A DNA stretch of 11,286 nt from Fidelibacterota bacterium. Lineage in GTDB: Bacteria > Fidelibacterota > Marinisomatia > Marinisomatales > TCS56. Positions within the stretch are counted from its first letter, which is position 1. Every line of letters starts with the position of its first letter. Made by a program: the position numbers and the translations under genes. Below, one piece after another: positions 1 through 7,170 of this stretch. The notes below the pieces were generated by a model, which was not told where the DNA came from, ran no database searches, and saw nothing but the letters and a program-made list of their open reading frames with translations. The stretch spans positions 1 to 11,286 of the forward strand of contig JBDRBK010000079.1 in assembly GCA_043822705.1 (NCBI GenBank), in the 5' to 3' direction.

Positions 1-387
1 GAATTTTTTCAAACCATGCACAGGGGACTGGAAAAGGTCAACTCCCCGGAAAGCCAGTTCCGGCTGATCTGGTCCAATATGTGGAACTACGGCGTTGATA
101 ACCCTCATAAATTCAAATTTATTCAGCAGTTTCATCATTCACCGTTCGCGACTGAAATCAAAGAAGATCCGGCCGTTAGGGATGTCATCGATCAGACCGG
201 GCAGTCGATCCAAGCCAGTATCGATGCGGGAATTCTCAAAAATATTCCCATCGAACTGCACATGAATAATATCTATCATTTGATCATCGGACTGGTGGAA
301 CTGATCTGGCAGAATCCGGAATTGCGCACCGACAATACTTTCATTGAACAGGCCTGGGAATGCTTCTGGGATTGCCATAAGGTCTGA
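1..387 (+). CDS. TetR/AcrR family transcriptional regulator, C-terminal ligand-binding domain (5'-truncated by the window)
   Basis: Frame is open from base 1 (EFFQTMHRG...) to TGA at 385-387. The helical pattern 'FRLIWSNMWNYGVDNPHKFKFIQQFHHSP...IDAGILKNIPIE...AWECFWDC' is typical of TetR C-terminal domains. The HTH would lie upstream of the window. Confidence 0.75.
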   Translation, partial: EFFQTMHRGLEKVNSPESQFRLIWSNMWNYGVDNPHKFKFIQQFHHSPFATEIKEDPAVRDVIDQTGQSIQASIDAGILKNIPIELHMNNIYHLIIGLVELIWQNPELRTDNTFIEQAWECFWDCHKV

Positions 388-407
388 AAATTTTTTCAAT
401 ACTCCGC

Positions 408-425
408 TGACTGACTACTCAATCA
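408..425. promoter_or_regulatory. Imperfect palindrome, putative TetR-family operator
   Basis: TGACTGA-CTAC-TCAATCA (7-bp arms, 1 mismatch) lies between the tetR stop and the next start codon at 428. Confidence 0.4.
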
Positions 426-427
426 TT

Positions 428-1582
428 ATGAATAAAAGGAAATTGATGTCATTGTTAATCATGCTGCTGGCGGTCAGCTGGCTTTCGGCATTGGGAATCC
501 GGCAGTACCAAATCCGCAAACTGGTACCAAAAACGCTGGTCGAGAATGCCACTAATTACAGCGGCCGGAAGTTTTTCAATCAACTGCCATCCGATGAATT
601 ATCATTTAAAAATTTCATGCGGATGACGGCCAAGTATTTCCGGGTTAAAAACCCCGATAAACGACCGGCCCGACCACTACCGGTAATCCCAATTAATGAT
701 CAATTTAATCGGGTACCATCAAATGATTTGCGCTTTGCCTGGCTGGGCCATTCCTCCCTGATTCTCGAAATTGCCGGGAAACGACTGCTGATCGATCCGA
801 TGCTGTCGGAACGGTCGTCTATGGTGCAATGGGCCGGGCCCCGACGCTTCCATCCGGCACCGCTCAAGGCCGAAGAACTGCCGGTGGTCGATGCCGTGCT
901 GATCTCCCACGACCATTTCGATCATCTGGATCAAGCGACCATTAAAAGTATCGCCGGCCGGGACCTGCTGTTTATCGTACCCATCGGTATCAGCAGCCGA
1001 TTGCGCGATTGGGGCGTGGCAGAAAATAAAATCATTGAGATGAACTGGTGGGACGAATACGATCTGGATGGCCTCCGGATCGTCGCTACGCCGGCCCGGC
1101 ACTTTTCCGGGCGCGGGTTGCCGGACCGGGATCTGACCCTGTGGACGTCCTGGTCGATCATTGGCGAAAAACGACGGGTATTTTTCAGCGGTGATACGGG
1201 TCCGACACCGGATATGCAGACAATCGGTGAAAAATTCGGTCCATTCGACCTGACCTTTATCGAGATCGGCGCCTACGATGAAACCTGGGCATCGATCCAT
1301 GCCGGACCGGTTGTAGCCGCGCAAATCCACCGGCAATTGAACGGCGCACAAATGGTACCGATCCACTGGGCCACCTTTGATCTGGCCCTGCACAGCTGGT
1401 ATAGCCCGGCGGAAGAACTCGTGCGGGAAGCGGCTACCGGAAATATTCACCTGCTGACACCACGACCCGGAGAACTGGTCATACCCGACCAACACCGTAA
1501 CGACTTCTGGTGGCGGAAATTTATGAACGACCCGGAATTCTCGCCGGGCAAACAGGAGTACTGCTATGGAACTGAATTTTGA
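428..1582 (+). CDS. MBL-fold metallo-hydrolase, RomA / NAPE-PLD-like (Lactamase_B_2 type), with N-terminal signal or anchor
   Basis: Motifs WLGHSS, LLIDP, ISHDHFDHLD (HxHxDH), PARHFSGR, FFSGDTG, IGAY and PIHWATF. The ORF-track start at 344 overlaps tetR. ATG 428 (or ATG 446, preceded by AAGGA) gives a basic plus hydrophobic N-terminus. Confidence 0.85.
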   Translation: MNKRKLMSLLIMLLAVSWLSALGIRQYQIRKLVPKTLVENATNYSGRKFFNQLPSDELSFKNFMRMTAKYFRVKNPDKRPARPLPVIPINDQFNRVPSNDLRFAWLGHSSLILEIAGKRLLIDPMLSERSSMVQWAGPRRFHPAPLKAEELPVVDAVLISHDHFDHLDQATIKSIAGRDLLFIVPIGISSRLRDWGVAENKIIEMNWWDEYDLDGLRIVATPARHFSGRGLPDRDLTLWTSWSIIGEKRRVFFSGDTGPTPDMQTIGEKFGPFDLTFIEIGAYDETWASIHAGPVVAAQIHRQLNGAQMVPIHWATFDLALHSWYSPAEELVREAATGNIHLLTPRPGELVIPDQHRNDFWWRKFMNDPEFSPGKQEYCYGTEF

Positions 1583-2465
1583 GATTCCGGACCTGACCGG
1601 CAAAATCGTGATCGTCACCGGCGCCAACAGCGGCATCGGTCTGGAGGAAACCCGCACTTTCGCCGCCCATGGCGCCACCGTCATCATGGCCTGCCGTAAT
1701 ATGCAAAAAGCTCAAGCCGCCGCCGATGATTTGCACGCCGACAACCCGCAGGCCAGACTGGCAGTCAGGGAACTGAATCTGGCCAGCCTGGAATCGGTGC
1801 GCAATTTTACCGCTGCATTTCAGCAGCAGTACGCCCGTCTGGATATTCTCTGCAATAACGCCGGCGTCATGGCCCTGCCCGAGCACTACCGTACCGACGA
1901 TGGTTTCGAAATGCAGTTCGGTACCAATCACCTGGGACATTTTGCCCTCACCGGACTGCTGTTGCCCCTGATCAAAAAGACCCCCGGCGCCCGGGTAGTC
2001 AACGTGAGCAGCATGGCGCATCACATGGGCAGGTTCGATCCGGAAAACCTGAACGCGGAAAAGAAATACAGTAAAAACGGCGCTTATGGACTAAGCAAGC
2101 TGGCCAATCTGTTGTTCACTTATGAACTGCAGCGCCATTTTGGGGCGAACAATATCGCCGCACTGGCCGTCGCTACCCATCCCGGATGGACGGCCACGAA
2201 CCTGCAGCAGCACTCCAAAGCATTCAGTTTCGTCAACAAATTAATTGGCCAAACACCGACGCTGGGCGCGCTGCCGACAATCATGGCCGCCACCGATCCC
2301 GTCGTCAATGGTGGCGAATATTACGGTCCCGGCAGCTGGGGCGGCTGGCGCGGACTGCCGACCAAGACCCAATCCAATGCCGCCTCCCATAACCAGGCGC
2401 ATGCCCAGGTGTTATGGGATATATCGGAAAAAATGACCGGCGTAAAATTTGATTTTGAAACTTAA
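1566..2465 (+). CDS. Short-chain dehydrogenase/reductase (retinol dehydrogenase / WWOX-like subgroup)
   Basis: TGANSGIG Rossmann motif, NNAGVM, QFGTNHLGHF, VSS, catalytic YGLSK (YxxxK) and HPGW. An AGGAG RBS lies upstream, and the gene overlaps the previous one by 17 bp. Confidence 0.93.
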   Translation: MELNFEIPDLTGKIVIVTGANSGIGLEETRTFAAHGATVIMACRNMQKAQAAADDLHADNPQARLAVRELNLASLESVRNFTAAFQQQYARLDILCNNAGVMALPEHYRTDDGFEMQFGTNHLGHFALTGLLLPLIKKTPGARVVNVSSMAHHMGRFDPENLNAEKKYSKNGAYGLSKLANLLFTYELQRHFGANNIAALAVATHPGWTATNLQQHSKAFSFVNKLIGQTPTLGALPTIMAATDPVVNGGEYYGPGSWGGWRGLPTKTQSNAASHNQAHAQVLWDISEKMTGVKFDFET

Positions 2466-2505
2466 CGGACCTGTTCCCATATAATGCCCCTTAAATCAAT
2501 TAATA

Positions 2506-3699
2506 ATGAATAAACTACCGATGATATTTTTATTAATCGTACTCAGTGTGCTGGCCTTTATTCACGGCTATGTGGGTCTGCGGATAATTCCTACCCTGGG
2601 CTTATCCGGTCCCTGGATTATCACCCTCTGGATTCTGGTGGCGGTGCTGGCCATCCTGCCCCTGGCGGCTCCCTTCCTGCGCTTTCAGGGCCTGGAAAAT
2701 CGCCTCACCGATAGCCTGTCATGGATCGGTTACACTAGTCTGGGTTTTTTCGTCCTGACGCTGGTGGTGGTTGTCGCCCGCGACCTGGGCTGGACGGCCT
2801 GGGTGGGCGGCGCCAGGCTGTTCGGCTGGTTGTCCGGCGCTACCACCGACGAAGCGGCCGATCCCGGCCGGCGGCAATTCATAATCACTGCCATGAATCT
2901 GGGGCTGGTGAGCCTCACCGGTGGAATCTCGGCCTACGGATTTTTCCGGGCCCGCCGCAAGCCCGTGGTGATCGATGTGGATGTGCCCCTGGCGAACCTG
3001 CCGCCGGGGGTGGAAGGTCTGCGGATCGTGCAAATTTCCGACCTGCACGTCGGTCCGACCATCAAACGCGATTTTGTGCAACGGGTAGTCGACCAGGTAC
3101 GGGAACTTAAACCGGACCTGATCGCTCTCACCGGCGACCTGGTGGACGGTTCGGTAAGCTGGCTGAGCGATGATGTGGCTCCCCTGTCCCAGTTGGAAGC
3201 GCCCTATGGTAAATACTTCATCACCGGTAATCACGAATATTATTCCGGGGTGGAGCACTGGCTGCAGGAAACCGAACGGATCGGTTTCATCAATCTGGTG
3301 AACGAGCACCGGGTGATCGCTGTGAATGGCGCCAAATTGACGCTGGCCGGCGTCACCGATTACGACGCAGGACGGGTTCTGCCGGCCCACGCCACCGACC
3401 CGGGAAAAGCCCTGCGGGGCGCTCCCGCCGATTCGCTGAAAATCCTGCTGGCCCACCAGCCCAGTTCGATCTATGCCGCCAGCAAACTGGGCGTCGACCT
3501 CCAGCTCTCCGGGCACACTCACGGCGGCCAGTTCAAACCGTTCCACCTGGCAGTGAAACAGGCCCATCCCTACGTGGCGGGCTTGCACAACCACGATGGT
3601 ACACAAATCTATGTAAATGTTGGCACCGGTTACTGGGGTCCGCCGCTGCGGATCGGCATTCCCAATGAGATTACCGTACTGACTTTGAAAAGAGCCTAA
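2506..3699 (+). CDS. Membrane-anchored calcineurin-like metallophosphoesterase (YkuE/YaeI-like)
   Basis: All five MPP motifs are present: SDLH, TGDLVD, GNHE, LAHQP, GHTHGGQ. About four hydrophobic segments precede the catalytic domain. Confidence 0.92.
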   Translation: MNKLPMIFLLIVLSVLAFIHGYVGLRIIPTLGLSGPWIITLWILVAVLAILPLAAPFLRFQGLENRLTDSLSWIGYTSLGFFVLTLVVVVARDLGWTAWVGGARLFGWLSGATTDEAADPGRRQFIITAMNLGLVSLTGGISAYGFFRARRKPVVIDVDVPLANLPPGVEGLRIVQISDLHVGPTIKRDFVQRVVDQVRELKPDLIALTGDLVDGSVSWLSDDVAPLSQLEAPYGKYFITGNHEYYSGVEHWLQETERIGFINLVNEHRVIAVNGAKLTLAGVTDYDAGRVLPAHATDPGKALRGAPADSLKILLAHQPSSIYAASKLGVDLQLSGHTHGGQFKPFHLAVKQAHPYVAGLHNHDGTQIYVNVGTGYWGPPLRIGIPNEITVLTLKRA

Positions 3700-3711
3700 A
3701 CAAGGGAACAT

Positions 3712-3790
3712 GGAGCCCCACGGACAGAGCCCGTGCCTGCGCGCCGAAGCTGTCTATAGCACGCAGGCGTGGTTTTCTGCGTAGGCGGAT
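3712..3790. repeat. REP-like palindromic element with a nested short inverted-repeat insertion
   Basis: CCACGG(3718-3723)-ACAGAGC-CCGTG|G hairpin, interrupted by an inverted repeat GCCTGCGCGC(3735-3744)/GCACGCAGGC(3759-3768) flanked by CGTG direct repeats (3732-3735, 3768-3771). It is followed by a TCTGC-GTAG-GCGGA hairpin. It may also act as the terminator of the upstream operon (T4 run at 3773-3776). Confidence 0.55.
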
Positions 3791-3890
3791 ATAGTACACA
3801 AGAACACTGTAATCATTTTATTGCATCATGTCACACTTTGACGGACTCAGTGCGACTTAATCCAGCCCTTCAATACATAAACATAATAGC

Positions 3891-3919
3891 TTGCGATTGT
3901 AATCGCACAATATTATAAT
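3891..3919 (+). promoter_or_regulatory. Sigma70-type promoter with overlapping palindromic operator
   Basis: -35 TTGCGA (3891-3896), 17-bp spacer, -10 TATAAT (3914-3919). Perfect inverted repeat TGCGATT-GT-AATCGCA (3892-3907). GAGG RBS at 3947-3950 before ATG 3957. Confidence 0.65.
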
Positions 3920-3956
3920 CTTTTACGAATTAAACCGTTATTATACGAGGGGTTCC

Positions 3957-4670
3957 ATGGATGCAAACGCGCTCTACCGGGAAATTGTGGAATATTGCCG
4001 CGCCAACGCCGACCCGGAGATCGTAACCAAATACGCCCGTTATTTCACCGAAGGTTATGATGCCTACGGTTTGGGCAAGGATGTAATACCAAGCAAGTGC
4101 AAAGAAATTTTAGCACGCGGTGGACTTACACTGGAGTTGGTGCTGGCAACCGGCGATCTGCTGGCCGCCAGTCACAAGTACGAAGAAATCTATTTCGCCA
4201 CCCACCTGCTGCAACATTTTTACGCCGATTTCACTCCCGCCGCCTTCACGGCGGTGGAACACTGGTTCGAGTTGGGCGTCGTTAACTGGGCCCATTGCGA
4301 CGTGGTCTGCCGCGATGCCACCGGACCGCTGCTGAAAAACAAAGTTGTCGATATTGACGCACTGGAACCCTGGCGGCAAGCCGTCAATCCCTACCAGCGC
4401 CGGGCGCTGCCGGTGACCCTGATCGAAATTTTAAAGGGTACCACCGACGTCAATCCGCTGCTGGCACTGATCGAGCCCCTGATGCACGACCCGGAAAAGA
4501 AAGTCCAGCAGGGGCTGGGCTGGTTCCTGCGGGAAGCCTGGAAACTTCAGCCGGCCACCGTCGAAGCCTTTTTGCTAAAACACAAAGACACCGCCCCGCG
4601 CCAGATTTACCAGTACGCCTGTGAGAAGATGACCAAAGAACAGAAAAGTAAATATCAAAAATCAAACTAA
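3957..4670 (+). CDS. DNA alkylation repair protein, AlkD-like HEAT-repeat family
   Basis: 237 aa helical protein with family motifs 'VVNWAHCD', 'WRQAVNPYQRRA', 'DPEKKVQQGLGWFLREAWK' and 'YACEKM'. Good RBS. Confidence 0.82.
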   Translation: MDANALYREIVEYCRANADPEIVTKYARYFTEGYDAYGLGKDVIPSKCKEILARGGLTLELVLATGDLLAASHKYEEIYFATHLLQHFYADFTPAAFTAVEHWFELGVVNWAHCDVVCRDATGPLLKNKVVDIDALEPWRQAVNPYQRRALPVTLIEILKGTTDVNPLLALIEPLMHDPEKKVQQGLGWFLREAWKLQPATVEAFLLKHKDTAPRQIYQYACEKMTKEQKSKYQKSN

Positions 4671-4679
4671 TTGCTAAAT

Positions 4680-5807
4680 ATGTCAGATGATATAAAAACC
4701 GTTATAGTGCTAGGTGCTGGTGCAAGCAATGACATTGGTTTCCCAATTGGTAGTGAATTATTAAATAGTATAACTGCTAAATATAGGAATAGTGAGTATT
4801 TAGAATTAGTAAAAAGAATTTTATGGAATAATAGAGATATTATTACAGTGACATTCGCACAATCCGTTCCATCAGATATTTTACACTTACTTAAACGTGG
4901 AGATTCGTTTGAATACTGGAGAGATAACTCACTAGATTTAACAAGTTGGACTAACAAATTATCCGCTATTAACTCCATTGATGATTTTCTATTTCATCGG
5001 AAGGAATATTCTATATATGCCAAACTCGGTATACTGGCTGCTTTATCTAACCATGAACAAGAGGATTTCTTTTTACCAAATGAACAGGGAGTAATTCGAA
5101 GAACATGGTACAACGATTTGTGGGAAACATTAAGATATGCGTGCAATAGTTTATCTGATTTAAAAAAGAAATTAGAAAGATTGATTATAATCAATTTTAA
5201 CTATGATCGATCTTTAGAATTTTTTCTTAGTTCTAGAATTATTGATCTGTTTGAGAGTGAGGTAAATAAAGAAAATATTAATCCTGTTAGTTTGATTCAT
5301 GTTTACTATGTCTATGGTTCAATCGGTTCGTTAGTGACCTCGGATGATGGATATAACAAATATAATCCAATAGATTTTGAAAAAATTCCCACATGGGCTA
5401 ATAAATATAAACTTCGAAGCTGGACAAGTTATGGAGGGGAACCTGAAGACGCAGGAGAATTATCGCTATATGATCATTATTTACTTAGAATAGCCTTAAC
5501 TATAAAAACATATGATGAACTTCCAGTTCAAGAGAAAATTACCCAAATCCGTGATGAATTAACAAAAGCTAATTATTTATATTTTTTCGGGTTTGCATTT
5601 CATAGCCAAAACATGTCTATCCTTAATCCGAACGATAAGTTGTATGACTATAAATATGTTTCTGGAACGTGCTATAAAATGTCAACACTTCAGTTCAAAA
5701 ATTCTATCTCTTCAATAAAAGGTAAGTTTTTAATACAAGGGCTAGAACCTCAATTATATCCAATAAAAATTGACGATTTCATAAAAGAACACGGGATAAC
5801 TATCTAA
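4680..5807 (+). CDS. SIR2-like (SIR2_2 / AbiH-related) domain protein, AT-rich
   Basis: VIVLGAGAS (GAGAS at 4713-4727), SIDDFL, IIINFNYDRSLE (FNYD at 5196-5207), YVYGSIG and LYFFGFAF match the order of SIR2-like motifs. ATG 4680 is preferred over TTG 4671. GC is about 30% (three 60-nt lines counted: 27, 18 and 42%). Confidence 0.75.
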   Translation: MSDDIKTVIVLGAGASNDIGFPIGSELLNSITAKYRNSEYLELVKRILWNNRDIITVTFAQSVPSDILHLLKRGDSFEYWRDNSLDLTSWTNKLSAINSIDDFLFHRKEYSIYAKLGILAALSNHEQEDFFLPNEQGVIRRTWYNDLWETLRYACNSLSDLKKKLERLIIINFNYDRSLEFFLSSRIIDLFESEVNKENINPVSLIHVYYVYGSIGSLVTSDDGYNKYNPIDFEKIPTWANKYKLRSWTSYGGEPEDAGELSLYDHYLLRIALTIKTYDELPVQEKITQIRDELTKANYLYFFGFAFHSQNMSILNPNDKLYDYKYVSGTCYKMSTLQFKNSISSIKGKFLIQGLEPQLYPIKIDDFIKEHGITI

Positions 5808-5810
5808 ACC

Positions 5811-6101
5811 ATGAAAATCATTGCCATCGAAAAAGAACTGCCCGGCGCCCGGCCGGGGGAATTCCGCCGGTTGGGCCGCGCCGAGGCGCTGACAGCCTGG
5901 CAACTGCACCAGGACGATTTCATCCGCGAACTGTATTTCAAGGCCGACGAGGATTTGGCCGTCCTGATCCTGGAAGCTGAAACGCTGGAAGACGCCCGCA
6001 GCCAACTGGCGGAGTTGCCCTTCGTGAAAAACGGCCTGATCGATTTCGAACTGCTGCCGCTACGGCCCTATCCCGGTTTCGAGCGTCTATTTAACAAATA
6101 A
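5811..6101 (+). CDS. Small dimeric alpha/beta-barrel protein, muconolactone delta-isomerase-like
   Basis: 96 aa with the pattern 'AEALTAWQL..DDFIRELYF...AVLILEA...A...LAELPFVKNGLIDFELLPL.PYPGF', typical of MIase/YCII-like proteins. Function is uncertain. Confidence 0.6.
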   Translation: MKIIAIEKELPGARPGEFRRLGRAEALTAWQLHQDDFIRELYFKADEDLAVLILEAETLEDARSQLAELPFVKNGLIDFELLPLRPYPGFERLFNK

Positions 6102-6112
6102 GGAAAACGACC

Positions 6113-6493
6113 ATGAATATTTATTTTTTCATTGCTGCTCTGTTGCTGCTCCTGCTGGCTTTCGCCCAGGCCTGGTGGGGGGAGAAAAAAGTCTTTCCGT
6201 TAATTAAAGCCGACATCAGCGGCGAAACCTTCCTGTCGCTTTACCTGCCCTGGCACCAGCACACCTGGATTCTGGCCCTCAGCGGACTGTTCCTGTTCCT
6301 GGCTTCGATCTGGCGGCACGGACTGGCCAGCGTGGCGGTGTTCGTGCTACTGCTCATCAGCGGCAACCTGGTAATTTTCACGCTGCTGTGCTGGCAGCGG
6401 GGCGAAATCAAGCTGGTCACCAAATCGGCGCCCCAGTACCTGCTGTTCGTGGCGGTGATCGTCACTATAATTATCGGCTTGTTTCAGGGTTGA
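6113..6493 (+). CDS. Hypothetical integral membrane protein (~4 TM)
   Basis: 126 aa with four hydrophobic stretches. AAGGA RBS upstream, host-like codon usage, 11 bp after the previous stop. Confidence 0.7.
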   Translation: MNIYFFIAALLLLLLAFAQAWWGEKKVFPLIKADISGETFLSLYLPWHQHTWILALSGLFLFLASIWRHGLASVAVFVLLLISGNLVIFTLLCWQRGEIKLVTKSAPQYLLFVAVIVTIIIGLFQG

Positions 6494-6501
6494 GAAATGC
6501 C

Positions 6502-7170
6502 ATGCCCAGATTGATCCGAATCACCCGCAACCTGTCCCTGCTTTTGCTGATCGTGCTGCTGCTGTGGATGGTGCTGATGATCGCCACCGCCAGCCAGGTC
6601 AGCCCCGGCTGGACCGACGCCGACTACCTGGATTACGCCGCCCGCCAGGGTGGCGTGTTCATCCTGAATTACTTCAACGCTGTCCTATTCACCGGACTGG
6701 TAGTGGCCCTTTTCGGCCTGCTCTACCTGCTGCTGAAAGAGGACTACCCGCTGCTGACCCTGACCGGTTTGCTGTTTGTGCCGGTCTACGGTGTAATGAA
6801 TATTGTGGTCTATGCTTCACAAATCACCATTCTGCCGGTTTTGATCAATGCCGGTACGGCGCCGGAATTCCTGCTGCAATGGATTCAACTGCGTCCCGAC
6901 TCGGCCATCGGGATGGTCAACGGTCTGGCCTACGCCATTCTGGGGCTGCCGTCGATCTGCTTCGCAATCGCCCTCCACGGCCGCGGCAAACTGGGCCACG
7001 CCACCGGCGACCTGTTGATCCTGAATGCCATTTTCTGTATCCTGGGACCAATCGGCGCTGTAACCGGTAACGACCTGCTGGCCCTGGGCACTGTGGTCGG
7101 CGGATTGGTTTTTACGATTGCTGTTTTCACTTTGTACCTCATGTTACGTCAGGAGGACCAATCAACATGA
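6502..7170 (+). CDS. Hypothetical integral membrane protein (~6 TM, possibly DUF4386-like)
   Basis: ATG 6502 (MPRLIRITRNLSLLLL...) lies 8 bp after the previous stop and is preferred over the track start at 6388. 222 aa, highly hydrophobic, with an ATGA overlap with the next gene. Confidence 0.68.
   Translation: MPRLIRITRNLSLLLLIVLLLWMVLMIATASQVSPGWTDADYLDYAARQGGVFILNYFNAVLFTGLVVALFGLLYLLLKEDYPLLTLTGLLFVPVYGVMNIVVYASQITILPVLINAGTAPEFLLQWIQLRPDSAIGMVNGLAYAILGLPSICFAIALHGRGKLGHATGDLLILNAIFCILGPIGAVTGNDLLALGTVVGGLVFTIAVFTLYLMLRQEDQST

Noticed and set aside
428..1582. Second true beta-lactamase
   Set aside because: HxHxDH with the HFSGR, GDTG and PIHW motifs indicates the RomA/NAPE-PLD-like group, not B1, B2 or B3 enzymes.
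719..3711. Long minus-strand ORFs (719-1687, 1521-2024, 2719-3711)
   Set aside because: They are antisense shadows of well-supported + strand genes, expected in GC-rich coding DNA, and carry no motifs of their own.
3700..3956. CRISPR array, tRNA or known riboswitch in the intergenic region
   Set aside because: No regularly spaced direct repeats, no cloverleaf and no recognisable aptamer core. An Rfam scan would be needed to exclude other ncRNAs.
4635..5820. Short direct repeats near the ends of the AT-rich gene (AAAGAACA 4635-4642 / 5784-5791; AAAATCA 4658-4664 / 5814-5820) as target-site duplications
   Set aside because: 7-8 bp A-rich matches are likely by chance in AT-rich DNA, their spacing differs at the two ends, and there are no terminal inverted repeats or transposase. 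An empty-site genome would be needed.
5811..6101. Superoxide dismutase call, sometimes applied to similar small proteins
   Set aside because: No Fe/Mn, Cu/Zn or Ni SOD metal-ligand motifs are present.
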